From assembly GCF_001194135.2 (NCBI RefSeq), contig NC_068985.1:105216195-105255018 (forward strand): a DNA stretch of 38,824 bases, read 5' to 3'. The translations under genes were made by a program, and so were the position numbers. The notes below the pieces were generated by a model, which searched no databases, was not told where the DNA came from, and saw nothing but the letters and a program-made list of their open reading frames with translations. Shown in pieces: positions 1 through 10,637 of this stretch. The DNA is from Octopus bimaculoides (taxonomy: Eukaryota). Positions within the stretch are counted from its first letter, which is position 1; every line of letters starts with the position of its first letter.

Positions 1-85
1 ATATATATATATATACATATATATACATATATATATATGTATATATATTTGTGTGTATGAATATACGTATGTATGTATGTAAGCG
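1..85. repeat. (TA)n/(CATA)n microsatellite
   Basis: Direct reading of the tandem units. Confidence 0.9.
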
Positions 86-499
86 TGTGCGTGTTATTCA
101 TACAGTATTATAAATTTAGATTCATAACAGCTCATTCTTGTTACCGAACGGTATCTGTTACTTCAGATACCAAAAATCAAAATAAATTCATATTCAAGAA
201 AATAGTTCGGACTGCAAACGAATTAGTCAACTACAGAGGCAGAGAAAACAGTATGTGTAGCGGAAACACAACAATAAAATATTAGAACCACCTACTCCTT
301 CAAAGGAAACGGTACATTAAGTGTAAAAATTAATGCCGCCCACGAAATTACTGCGTAGTACTAAGCGTTTAATAAATGTGCCAGGACACATACATAAAAT
401 ACTAAGACGATTCAAACCTTAAATAGTTAATTCAAAGTATGTATGCAAAAAAAACTATGTTCACACACACACACACACACACTTGTATATGTGCATACT

Positions 500-2580
500 T
501 GAAATTACATTCCTAATTACAGAACTAAAACTAAAACCACTAGACCATGAGTGATCAAATGCTGGCTTTGACAAAGAAAGGATGTATGACTAACGAGGAT
601 AAAAAGAAGAATTTCAAATAAACCACCATATAATGTCAACCAAGCAACATTAAGAGTAAATTTGAAACAAACATTCGCTCGAAGACCCCCGCCCCGACCC
701 AAAACAATAGCTGAGTTAGGTTCCAATCTTATTCTTTGGTGTTTGCAATCACAGTAATCAGGCCAAAGCAAAAGGAAATACAAAATGTAACAAAACGATA
801 TGACATGACATGAAATGTCGATAAAGAGGTAGCTTCTAAGATTAGAAAATAGATAGGAAGCGATATTGCACCCCTGCTGCAACTCGAGACAGATGTCAGA
901 AATGAAGTGAATGCGTTTGTTAATATATATATANNNNNNNNNNNNNNNNNATATATATAGTGGTAAGCGCAGAACAAGTGGGGAGCCTATTTTCAGAGAG
1001 ACATACTGTGAATACACATGGAATGCTAAGGTAAAAATTACGAACAATCTAGACCTAATTGCTAAAGCCACATGATAACAAAAAACCGAACAAGTAGTCA
1101 AAACAGCAATCAAAGCAGAAAAAAAAACCTACAAGAAAATATATAGAATAACTAGTCTGTCTTTAAGAATAGTATTTGTTACAAGTATTTCATGTCAACC
1201 CGAAAAGAGGAGAGTAAAGAGCAGAAAAATATACATAATATAAACGAAGATAAAGAAGGTAACATGAATACATAATTGAGATACTTCAGTGTAGCAAAGA
1301 ACATTTGAGAAACATCTTAAAACTAAATTCTCACACAAGTCGAAAACAATTCCCAGATACTCTATCTTATGTAGATACTGATGCAGAAATTACAAAAGTT
1401 GAGGTAGAAAAGGTAATAAAAATAATGAAAATCGTAATTGACTCGGTACAGGTGTCTAATTGACAGGAGAAAGTCAGTTTGGTTTCAAATCTGATAGCGG
1501 AACCATTGATGCCATTTTTATAGTTAGATAATTGGAAAAGCAAAAGTGCATCAAACGCCGTATATCCCAGCATCAGTATATTTTAAAGCTATCTTTAAAA
1601 AAATCTGTGGAAGTGTCTGTAGAAGTTCATGGAAGTAATAGCTGTAAAACCAAAGAGAGTACGAAAAGTCACTAAACAACAGTATCAACTGTACTGTAAT
1701 CATGAAAGGCCAGCCGACGATTGGATCAAAGTTATGATATAATGCTGGCTGCTATTTTCCACCCTTTTCAACATATTGGAATATGTTATTAAAAAATTGA
1801 AAGCTTTGGATAAAAATCAGTCACTTACTGACGACTTGTCTCTGGATATTTCATATGGTGACGACACAGATCTAGTAATCTATGACATTTAAGAAATGTT
1901 GAAAAAATTCGCTAAAAAGCTAGATGATGCATAAAAATAATACTGAATGAAAATAAATGAAACAAAATACAAGGCCTTGTTACCTAGCAAGGATCAAATT
2001 ACACTAGATAATTCTTAACTAGAACGTATCGTTGGGTTGCGTTTTACGACAATGTAATACTAAATGGAAAGGAAAACGTGAAAAGACAACTCACACAGCA
2101 TATACAGCCTTTGGAAAAAAAAAAACTATCTGGAACAGGTGAGATATCAATCATCGATTAGACTCTACAAGATCCTTACTTTTTCAATCTCAATTTGCAA
2201 CTGGAAACATAGACCCTAAAATAATAACGTAAAAAGAAGCCGAATAGAAGTTTTTGCAATGAATCATATAGCGTTCTACACTGGAGTTGTAATCACGAAT
2301 CAAACACAAAAATACTTCCTCAAGTAAAGCTCTTTACATAACATACAGCATTAACGAGGTAGTAAGAAGGAAGAAACTGAACTAGTTCGTTCAAATAAAG
2401 GTCACCCAGTATATAAGTAGAGTTTGTTTTCAGCCAAAACTTCAAAGACTAGACTATGAAGGATACTTGAAGATTCAGTGTTCCCAAGATATCAGTAGAT
2501 ATCAGTGTATCCGATCAAGGTGGTGGATAGTTGACAGGAGAGAGTAAAGGTCTGGAAAAGACTGAGCAACTAAGAAAATA
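500..2580 (+). mobile_element. Decayed RTE-like non-LTR retrotransposon (ORF2/RT relic), interrupted by (TA)n and a gap at about 922-959
   Basis: Manual translation across stops and frameshifts gives ITKVEVEKVIKIMK (about 1390-1430), GESQFGFKSDSGTIDAIFIVR* (from 1466), LDISYGDDTDLV (YGDD at 1854-1865, the YADD-type catalytic motif), MKINETKYK, AYTAFGKKKTIW and RIEVFAM. This order matches LINE RT and thumb domains. The clade call is from memory. Confidence 0.8.
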
Positions 2581-2666
2581 CATGCATATACACATATCCA
2601 TAGACATATCGTCCGCAAGCCTATACAGATGTCCCTATCTCTCGCAGGTCACAGTGTGCTTCCTTT

Positions 2667-2780
2667 TCAGTATCAATTGATTTCACCTTCTGTGCTATAA
2701 GCACTTAGGATCATACACAGTAAGATCAGCTGATGATCCTAAGTGCTTATAGCACAGAAGGTGAAATCAATTGATACTGA
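2667..2780. repeat. Perfect 48-bp inverted repeat with 18-nt spacer
   Basis: 2667-2714 is the exact reverse complement of 2733-2780. The spacer is ACACAGTAAGATCAGCTG. Confidence 0.97.
2726..2780 (+). ncRNA. Minimal type I hammerhead ribozyme-like motif (Penelope-like element footprint)
   Basis: Stem I is TCAG(2726-29)/CTGA(2777-80). CTGATGA at 2730-36. Stem II is CCT/AGG plus GTGCT/AGCAC with a TAT loop. GAAA at 2763-66. Stem III is ATC-AATT-GAT (10-nt palindrome). AUA cleavage triplet at 2774-76. Non-canonical U.U at positions 10.1/11.1. Confidence 0.65.
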
Positions 2781-2983
2781 CATGTAAGTACTATTCTTTG
2801 TAGTTTTGAAAAGGCAAGGACTATTTTTTTCTTATATTTGCTACATTAACTGTGCGTGTTTATTTATAGTGAGGAACGTGTGGCTTTGAAGAGTTGACTC
2901 TCCTTTCTAGCATAGCAGGTGCATTTTGTGCCCGAATTTTTATGTATAATTTAACTATTTTGCCTAAGCTTGCAGACCACTAT

Positions 2984-3033
2984 ATCATCATCATCATCAT
3001 CATCATCATTATTATTATTATTATTATTATTAT
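2984..3033. repeat. (ATC)n(ATT)n compound microsatellite
   Basis: Direct reading. Confidence 0.95.
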
Positions 3034-3063
3034 TTTTGATAATATTGGTATCTTATTTAAATT

Positions 3064-3400
<337 letters not shown>

Positions 3401-3572
3401 TATGATATAATAAATATCGCATGGTATGTGTAATATAGTCTACTATATGTAATGTTGTATATATGTTACATGAATGTGTCTGTATATTATATGAATATAC
3501 ACTCTATACACAACAATATAATATACATACTACACACATATGCCTTAGCATACATAAACAGATTATAGATAT

Positions 3573-3650
<78 letters not shown>
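3573..3650. repeat. (CA)n microsatellite within TA/CA-rich low-complexity DNA
   Basis: Direct reading. Confidence 0.95.
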
Positions 3651-3655
<5 letters not shown>

Positions 3656-3879
3656 AACATATATGTTTATAATATATGTATAAATATGCATAAACATATA
3701 TTACTGTGCATATAAATATATTCATACATCCATATTCTGTGGGTACTATAGTGTACATACATGCATGTATACATACACACACAGAGACATATATATTCAT
3801 TCCTATACATATATAGACACTTATGCATATAAACCATAGAGTAATTAGTTTAATATATTTTCCATGCAAGAATATCGAA

Positions 3880-4120
3880 AAGCTGGAAAGCCGAAATTGT
3901 TTGATTGATCTTGAATATGACGTCAAAACCGTTTCCATGACAACAGTGAAGTCATAACAGAGCTGTGATGTTTTGATGGAGTTTCTCGTTTTTTCGTCAC
4001 TGGCTTAATTCACGTGTGAAGACGAACGTACTTTCCGCTTTTCTTCACTCTGACGTCTTTTCCTTCCCCCCCTCTATCTTTTTGCGTTAGTTCACGAGTG
4101 CGTCTGCACCTTTAAGCACA
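3880..4120. promoter_or_regulatory. Candidate promoter: CRE + RFX X-box + E-box in a CpG-enriched patch
   Basis: TGACGTCA at 3918-3925, GTTTCCATGACAAC at 3931-3944, CACGTG at 4011-4016 and TGACGTCT at 4051-4058. About 13 CpGs in about 230 bp against CpG-poor flanks. No TSS data. Confidence 0.4.
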
Positions 4121-4312
4121 CATTTATTCCTGTCTTTACTTGTTAATCACTCACTTTGTCTTCGTTGTAAACCAGAATAAAGCAAAACTGTTTTTGTTTT
4201 CTTCAGCCAGGTTTTCATCTGATGATTTTACGTTGAACGGAAAATTTTCCAAATGCTACCGTCATGTTTATTGATCAACCAAACTGTACTGTGTACATAT
4301 ATAGTACATTCA

Positions 4313-4650
4313 ATGCAGGCATAGTTAAGTTGTGGTTTAGGTTCAACTCCAATGAGTGGCACATTTAGGAAAGATTTTTCAGTTGTAGCGTTGTGTTGAC
4401 CAGTATTTCATAACTGCAATGTGTAGAATTCTAAGAAGTTCGCGGTATATGTGCATATTTATGTAGATTTTGGTGGGTGTATTTTAAGTTTTGTCCTGAG
4501 CAGAGTTTAAGCCTGTCACTGACAAATTTGCATAGCTTTTTTTGTTGGGAATTTATGGTTACCTAAATTAGTTGATGTATACGTATATGTGTATGTTGTG
4601 TGTATGTGTGTGCATGTGGATAAACATGAATCTGCGGGTGTGCCTGTCAC
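4313..4650 (+). mobile_element. Highly decayed SINE (family C-like head)
   Basis: GGTTCAACTCC B-box-like motif followed by GTGGCACATTTAGGAAAGATTTTTCAGTTGTAGC, resembling the family C head. Confidence 0.3.
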
Positions 4651-4781
4651 GATAGAACACGATTGTGTTTTTCATTACTGTTTATGTATTTGCACGAAGT
4701 GATTGTGTGCATATCTTCACTCAAGAACCTCAAATGAAGAATCCATGAAATACGCATATATGTTTGTGTGTGTGCATGTGT

Positions 4782-4889
<108 letters not shown>

Positions 4890-5049
4890 ATACTTATTGA
4901 TTTAAGCAGTGTTGTGTCAGAAAGTGATAGAAATTAGAGTTAGAGGTTCGATAGATATAGCTCGAGGAAGAAAGTACTAGAATGAAATCAGAACTGGAAC
5001 CAATATTGTCAATTAAAATCTTTGGGCGCGATGCTAAACGTATTATAAA

Positions 5050-5357
5050 TATAACAATGGCGGATCTCTGTCATTAACAATACAGATGCAACTGCTTGAC
5101 TCGCTGAATAACCTGATCCTGTAAGCGGCTGAGCATTTCACAGCTATGTGTACGCTTAATGCGATTCTCAGGCAAAATCATCGTGACACATGGGACTAGG
5201 CTGCACCCTTTGAGTTACAAGTATAATCCCTTAGACTAGCTTCTGTGCAGTTTCCATTCACCCAATTTTACTTACACAGCTACAGAAAACGTCATCTGTC
5301 CGCTGTGGGGTCGAACCCAGCACTTCGTGCAGTGAACACTTCAGCGACACTGCACCT
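5050..5357 (-). mobile_element. Chimeric SINE: family C-like head with family B-like body and tail
   Basis: 5120-5225 aligns by eye to the reverse complement of SINE-B 11470-11570. 5230-5357 resembles the family C head (GGGTTCGACCCC B box; GGAAACTGCACAGAAGC). Confidence 0.65.
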
Positions 5358-6194
5358 ACTATGTTACAATATTACATACTTAAAGTACAGATAAAAATTG
5401 TGTTACACAGAATCATAAAAACACAGTGATATGCTGACTTAAGACTAGCTTACGGTTTTAAGTTCAAATATACTAAGCTGCTTCGTTGCCAGTTTAAGTT
5501 TCATGCTTCCGTTTATATTTCTTTAGTTAATCACTACTAGCAAGTTCGCTTGCTATGCTGCGCCGGGGAAACATTTATGGATGATTTGCTTCTTGCAAGA
5601 TGTATGAACACGACTAATGATAACTAATCAACGAACTTTAATCTTCTCATATAAGATATGAAACTTTATTTAACTTCAATCCTTAGTTATTTCGAAAACA
5701 TGCAATTTAAACCATAAAACATATAAATCATGCAACTAATCTCAACTTCCTTAAATTACTGGCCTCGTACCAGATTTTCAAACCATTGTTATTGCTATTA
5801 AAAGGTTATTGTGATATCAGTAGCAGTTCTGTAAGGGTGGAACTAAGCAGTAATTAATTTCGTTGATTAATGAACGAGTTTAAATCTTGCCAAGTAGTTT
5901 CGACATTGCATTTTACCCAACCTTTAGTCTGCTGGAAATATTTTCTGTATTCAGTTGAAAAGAATACAGCCTTCAACATATTCACTGTATGTGTAGGTAT
6001 AAATTATATTATGCAATAGAAATTTATAGAGGGGTCACCAAATGATCGAAGTACATATAACGCAGCGGACAGAAACCGAAACAACAGGGCTTTTAGTTTG
6101 GTATATAGGATAACGGGGGCAAGAATCACATTTTGTGGAAATGATACTGATCTATAATACCCAAGCATCTATCGTTCATCTCATGCCATAATAC

Positions 6195-6355
6195 CTGGCT
6201 CTTCACTTTCCGATTTCATGTCTCACAGAGGTCAACTTACCTTTAATGCTTCCGGTGTCGATAGAATAATGTAGCAGTCATGTAATGGGGATCTATATAA
6301 TCAGTTATTACCCCATCATTAGGCCTTGTGCCCAAATCAGAAACAGGTAGAATCG
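6195..6355 (+). mobile_element. Decayed SINE family A
   Basis: GAGGTCAACTTACCTTTAATGCTTCCGGTGTCGATAGAA...GGCCTTGTGCCCAAA matches the family A core and tail. Confidence 0.5.
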
Positions 6356-6674
6356 TTACAACATTGGGGGGAAAAAAAACAAAAACAAAGAAGACTTCGT
6401 ATTTGTTTCGGCTCTTTCCATTCTGAATTCGATCCTTTCGCTAATATACTTCTTAATATTTCATCATTTATTTGCTTCAGTCATTGAACTACGGCCTTTC
6501 TGAGGCACCGCTTTCAAGGGTGTTAGTAGAACAAATGGACACCAGTTCTTATATAATTTTTAAAATCTGGTATCTATTCTATCGATCTTCCTTACCGGTC
6601 TGCTTAATTACGAGGGCGCAAACAAACCAAGTGGTGAGTGGGGAGACTACCATGCGTGTACATACACACACACA

Positions 6675-6776
6675 TTTAACAAGAATAGTATTGATAGTGA
6701 CTTCAAAGTTTCGGCCAGCTAAGCATCATTAGACTGACCGAAACTTCGAATCACTGTCAATACTATTCTTGTTAAA
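6675..6776. repeat. Imperfect inverted repeat, 48-nt arms, 6-nt loop GCATCA
   Basis: 6675-6722 against the reverse complement of 6729-6776 differs by 3 substitutions and 2 single-base indels. Confidence 0.95.
6696..6736 (-). ncRNA. Degenerate hammerhead-like motif (CTAATGA instead of CTGATGA) in a Penelope-like remnant
   Basis: The minus strand reads CAGT-CTAATGA-TGCTTAGCTGGCC-GAAA-CTTTGAAG-TC-ACT, with a GUC triplet at 6701-6699. The opposite arm reads ACTTCGAA, which together with this arm reconstructs a palindromic stem III (ACTTCGAAGT). Confidence 0.5.
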
Positions 6777-7186
6777 GAATAATAAATTTATACTCTACAG
6801 AAGTCTGGAGTACCCCTTCAGATTAATGTAAAATTGTTTTTATTATGACTGAAAATAACATCTAACATGAATATATAATAGGCATCTGCACAGTTTCTGT
6901 CTACCGAAATTACTCACAAAGATTTTGTCGGACTGGGGCCGTAGTAGAAGACACTTGCTAACGTGGTTGAGAAGCTTGCTGTTTAAATCCACAGCCATAC
7001 CTACGCCTAAATTATAAGAAATTATTTCAACAAATGGTACTGAGTATTGGTATTCAGTGTATTCCGAATGCATCACCTGCATGCGCGTGGTAGTTTTATG
7101 TTACCTTTCAGGGCTTTACGTTACAATTTTTGTGGGGTGATGTTGGTGGTGGTGCGGGGTTTGTTGGCTACACTAAAATGTTAATA

Positions 7187-8330
7187 GCGGTGTGGGGCAA
7201 AATGGGCAACCGAGGCGAAATGAATAATATTTGATCACCCGTTATTTTCCCACCAACCAGTTACAAACCGTTACATTACATTGCATCATCATTTTGTACT
7301 GCTGCATCATCTTTTGGAGTAAAAACTAGTCAACATAGTTGTTGTTGAAGATGAGAGTTTGAAACATAGTCAAGTAACAAGTACTTCTTTTTTTCAATAA
7401 ATTTTTGCTCTACTATGACCTGATTTTGATTGAGTTTGTGAATAAAATATCTGGATAATTATTTTCTCTGTTGGATTCTAAGTCATTTTCCCCCACACTA
7501 ATGTCTAATTTGATAATTTTCAATTTTCAAAAACTTATGTCCAAATTGTGGCTAAATGAGTAACGACTAATTTCAGTAATTTCCTCTCTTTAACTGCATG
7601 GTGAGAAAGTATACCAGGAAGAGAGCCACTACAGCAAACTTTGGGGAAGGTATAGAGAATATTTTATGTTGAGGTTTTAGATTTAGTCGAGTTTCGTTAA
7701 ACCATGCGCCATTTTCCCATGTTCTTTCGTTTGACCGAGATATTTTAAAATTTTTGTAGTATTTCTGATCTTTCTGATGTCTAAGGATGGATATTGCTGT
7801 ACATGAGTCTTTTTCCATATGTAATTCTGGAAAATTGAAGAAGCAAATTTGTCTTATTCATTTTGCCCCTTCTAAATTTGTCTTTTATATACTCAGAGAA
7901 CGGGGATAATTTTTTGAAATAGTGTTCTGAATATGTTATAGTGTTTTTAATGCATTTAGAGGTCATTTGCTAAGCTGATATAGTTTTTGTACATTTGTGC
8001 ATAATATATTTTTGTCAAAGTCAAAAATACAGTAAATATTACTCATTATACCCACTCCTTCTTGAAAGAAAGAAACCTTATCCTATATTGAATTATTAAC
8101 TAGATATTTTAAACTGACAAATAGGCTTTTAAAAAATTTAAAAAATTAATTTTAAATTTGTAATTTTAAAAAAAAATTATCTTTTTTTTATTTTGGGCCA
8201 TTTTCTGACACAAAGCCTCAGTTTTTAAAAATGTTGTACTAATTTTGATGAAATGGATCTGTGAAGGCCGTGATAATTAGCAAAATTTCATTAGTAGTAA
8301 CTAACACTCCATTTCGGTTACTTGGAGATA
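7187..8330. mobile_element. Possible decayed non-autonomous DNA transposon (pogo/Tc-mariner-like subterminal motifs)
   Basis: GTGTGGGGCAAAATGG near 7190 recurs inverted as CATTTTCCCCACAC (about 7485) and CATTTTGCCCC (about 7860). No clean TSD. Confidence 0.3.
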
Positions 8331-8340
8331 TACTTCCAGC

Positions 8341-8444
8341 ACTCTAACGATTCTGCGAGGAAAGGAAATGATGACCTCGGCAGGATTCGAACTGAGAACG
8401 TAAGCAAATACCAAAAGGTATGCTTTTGACGGTCTAATGATTCT
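8341..8444 (-). mobile_element. Older decayed SINE family A (target of the next insertion)
   Basis: GACCTCGGCAGGATTCGAACTGAGAACGT...AAATACC matches the reverse complement of the family A head. Confidence 0.55.
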
Positions 8445-8666
8445 TATTTCTTTGGTGCACCCAAGGGGCTAAACGTAGAGGGGACAAACAAGGGATTAAG
8501 TCGATTATATCGACCCCAGTGCGCAACTGGTACTTATTTAACTGACCCCGAAAGGATGAAAGGCAAAGTCGACCTCGGCGGAATTTGAACTCAGAACGTA
8601 GCAGCAGACGAAATACCGCTAAGCATTTCGCCCGGCGTGCTAACGTTTCTGCCAGCTCGCCGCCTT
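8445..8666 (-). mobile_element. Young full-length SINE family A, distinct tail, 19-bp TSD
   Basis: Near-consensus head (AAGGCGGCGAGCTGGCAGAA...GAGTTCAAATTCC on the minus strand). Flanked by TTGACG[G/T]TCTAATGATTCT at 8426-8444 and 8665-8683. Confidence 0.9.
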
Positions 8667-9120
8667 GACGTTCTAATGATTCTGATAATTCACATTCTTT
8701 TTCCAGAGTAGGCATAAAGCTCAGAAATCTCGAGGAAGGCGTTACTCGATTAAATTGACCCCAATACTCTTTTGATAGTCTATTTTAATAAGGAGACATG
8801 CAAAGAAATGTTACATGAAACAAGACTGACGGAAGATAATTCAGCAACTAGACGGCGGTATCTGCAATAGCAGCAATTACATCAAGAAGAATATTTATTG
8901 AAACAATAAAAAACAACATTAATAACTTGAACAACTCTATGAATAACACTGGAGATGGAATGGAACTAAAAAAAAAAAAGCAATAAAATATGATTACAGC
9001 AACTGTGACATCAACAACATTTTCAGAAGCTGACAAGCTAAAACAATAGACTAAAAGAATATCGCAGACGATATTAAGAACAAACATTTAGCAAAAGCTA
9101 TTTCGTCTTAGTAGTAGCAC

Positions 9121-9292
9121 CGCAGCAGCAGCAGCAGCAGCAGCAACAGTAGCATCAACAGTGGCAACAGCAATAATTTAGCGATTGCACGAAAAATTGT
9201 AACTATGACAACAATGACAACAACAACAACAACTAACCCTCACTAAAACAACAAGAACAACAACAACAACAAAAGAACAAAAAGCAAAACAA
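9121..9292. repeat. (CAG)n/(CAA)n low-complexity tract
   Basis: Direct reading. Stops interrupt the surrounding frames. Confidence 0.8.
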
Positions 9293-9539
9293 TCGTCAAC
9301 ATAAAGCGTTGGCGACGAGAATATTATAACTGAAGAGGCCAATGAAAAAGAACAGAAAAATCACCTTCCTGAAATTCAAGGTCGACTGTATGTGATTTGA
9401 ATAGAAAGTAATTGTGAACAGAAAACCACTTTAAATTTGTGATGCTATAACCATTGAATGTTTTCGAAGCAAAGAAGAACGAAATAAATCGGTGGCACGT
9501 TCTTAGATATTATTTATTTATTTATACATTTATTATTAC

Positions 9540-9600
9540 ATGTGTGTGTGAATGTTTGTGTATGTATATATTTATTCGTATATGTATATACATATATATA

Positions 9601-9639
<39 letters not shown>

Positions 9640-9760
9640 ATATATATGTATATATATATGTGTATGTATTTATATGTTTTTATATAAGTATACATATACA
9701 TATATATATATATATANNNNNNNNNNNNNNATATATATGTATATATATATATATATATAT
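9540..9760. repeat. (TA)n/(TG)n compound microsatellite with N gap
   Basis: Direct reading. Confidence 0.9.
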
Positions 9761-10009
9761 CGTTATTGTTGCGTTATTTTGTATTCCTGCTTATGTTATT
9801 ATCAACTCGGAGCTTCAGCACATAACAGTTTGCGTATATCGAATCGATACTTCGTAAACATTCATATCATATGCGTAAAGACACATAGATACACACACAC
9901 AAATACGAACGAGTATGTTTACACACAATCCCACCCCCACATACGTATCTTTATAAACATATAAGTAGAAATCTATGTTATATTAGTGTATCTCTCACTT
10001 ATATAAGTG

Positions 10010-10230
10010 GATTTATTTCCGGGACTAAGCAGTGTGTTGTATTATTGAGCAATGCACTTCGTTTCACGTTGCACCAGTCTTCAACTGCAAATAAATATCA
10101 ACCTAGCGTTGGTGCAGCCCCATCTCTCACCAGTTGTCACATCGTCGATGGCGCGCTGAGTCTAGCATAGCATTGGAGAGAGTGTGTTCATGTCTACCTG
10201 CGACTACATCGGCGAAAGGGTGCTACAAGC
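10010..10230 (+). mobile_element. Decayed SINE (family D-like central region)
   Basis: GTGTTGTATTATTGAGCAATGCACTTCGTTTCACGTTGCACCAGTC resembles 16655-16715. Confidence 0.4.
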
Positions 10231-10257
10231 TAACAGGTTACACTCACTTGCAAAAAG

Positions 10258-10443
10258 ATGTGTAAGCTTAGCAGTATTTCGTTCATCTTTACCGTTCTGG
10301 TTTCAATTTCCACTGAAGTCGACTTTGCTTTTCATCGTTTCGGGGTCAATAAAATAAGTACCTGGCGAATATTAGGGCCATTGTAATCGACTAGCCCCCT
10401 TCCTCCAAAATTTGAAGCCTTGTACCTATAGCAAAAAGGATAT
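10258..10443 (+). mobile_element. SINE family A (5'-eroded)
   Basis: GTCGACTTTGCTTTTCATCGTTTCGGGGTCAATAAAATAAGTACC core; tail CCTTGTACCTATAGCAAAAAGGAT. Confidence 0.8.
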
Positions 10444-10454
10444 TTGCGAACAGG

Positions 10455-10637
10455 AAGGCGGCGAGCTGGCAGAATCGTACAAAATGTTTAGCGGTATTTC
10501 TTCCGACTTTACGTTGAGTTCAAATTCCGCCGAATTCGACTTCGCCTTTCATCCTCTCGGGGTCGATACAATAAAGTACCAATCAAGTACTGGGACCGAT
10601 GCAAACGAATTGCTCCACCTCCAAATTTCAGGCCTTG
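10455..10637 (+). mobile_element. SINE family A
   Basis: AAGGCGGCGAGCTGGCAGAATCGT head, GAGTTCAAATTCC B box, core and tail. Confidence 0.85.

Larger units (their letters stand above)
6462..7010 (-). mobile_element. SINE family C, interrupted in its internal (CA)n tract by an insertion at about 6675-6860
   Basis: 3' part at 6462-6674 (CTTCAGTCATTGAACTACGGCC...GGCACCGCTTT...TATTCTATCGATC). Head at about 6885-7010 (CAGTTTCTGTCTACC...CTCACAAAG...GTAGAAGACACTTGC...CCACAGCCATACCTACGCCT). Confidence 0.75.

Noticed and set aside
517-1113. 198-aa minus-strand ORF
   Set aside because: Antisense to the decayed LINE, spans a gap, and has no recognisable domain.
4219-4250. Third hammerhead (CTGATGA...GAAA)
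   Set aside because: No stem I pairing and no inverted-repeat or pLTR context. Treated as a chance match.
5538-5558. TAGCAAG-TTCG-CTTGCTA hairpin
   Set aside because: A 7-bp stem with a G-C rather than C-G closing pair is expected by chance in 39 kb.
9330-9350. CTGAAGA...GAAA hammerhead-like match
   Set aside because: No stem II or stem III can form.
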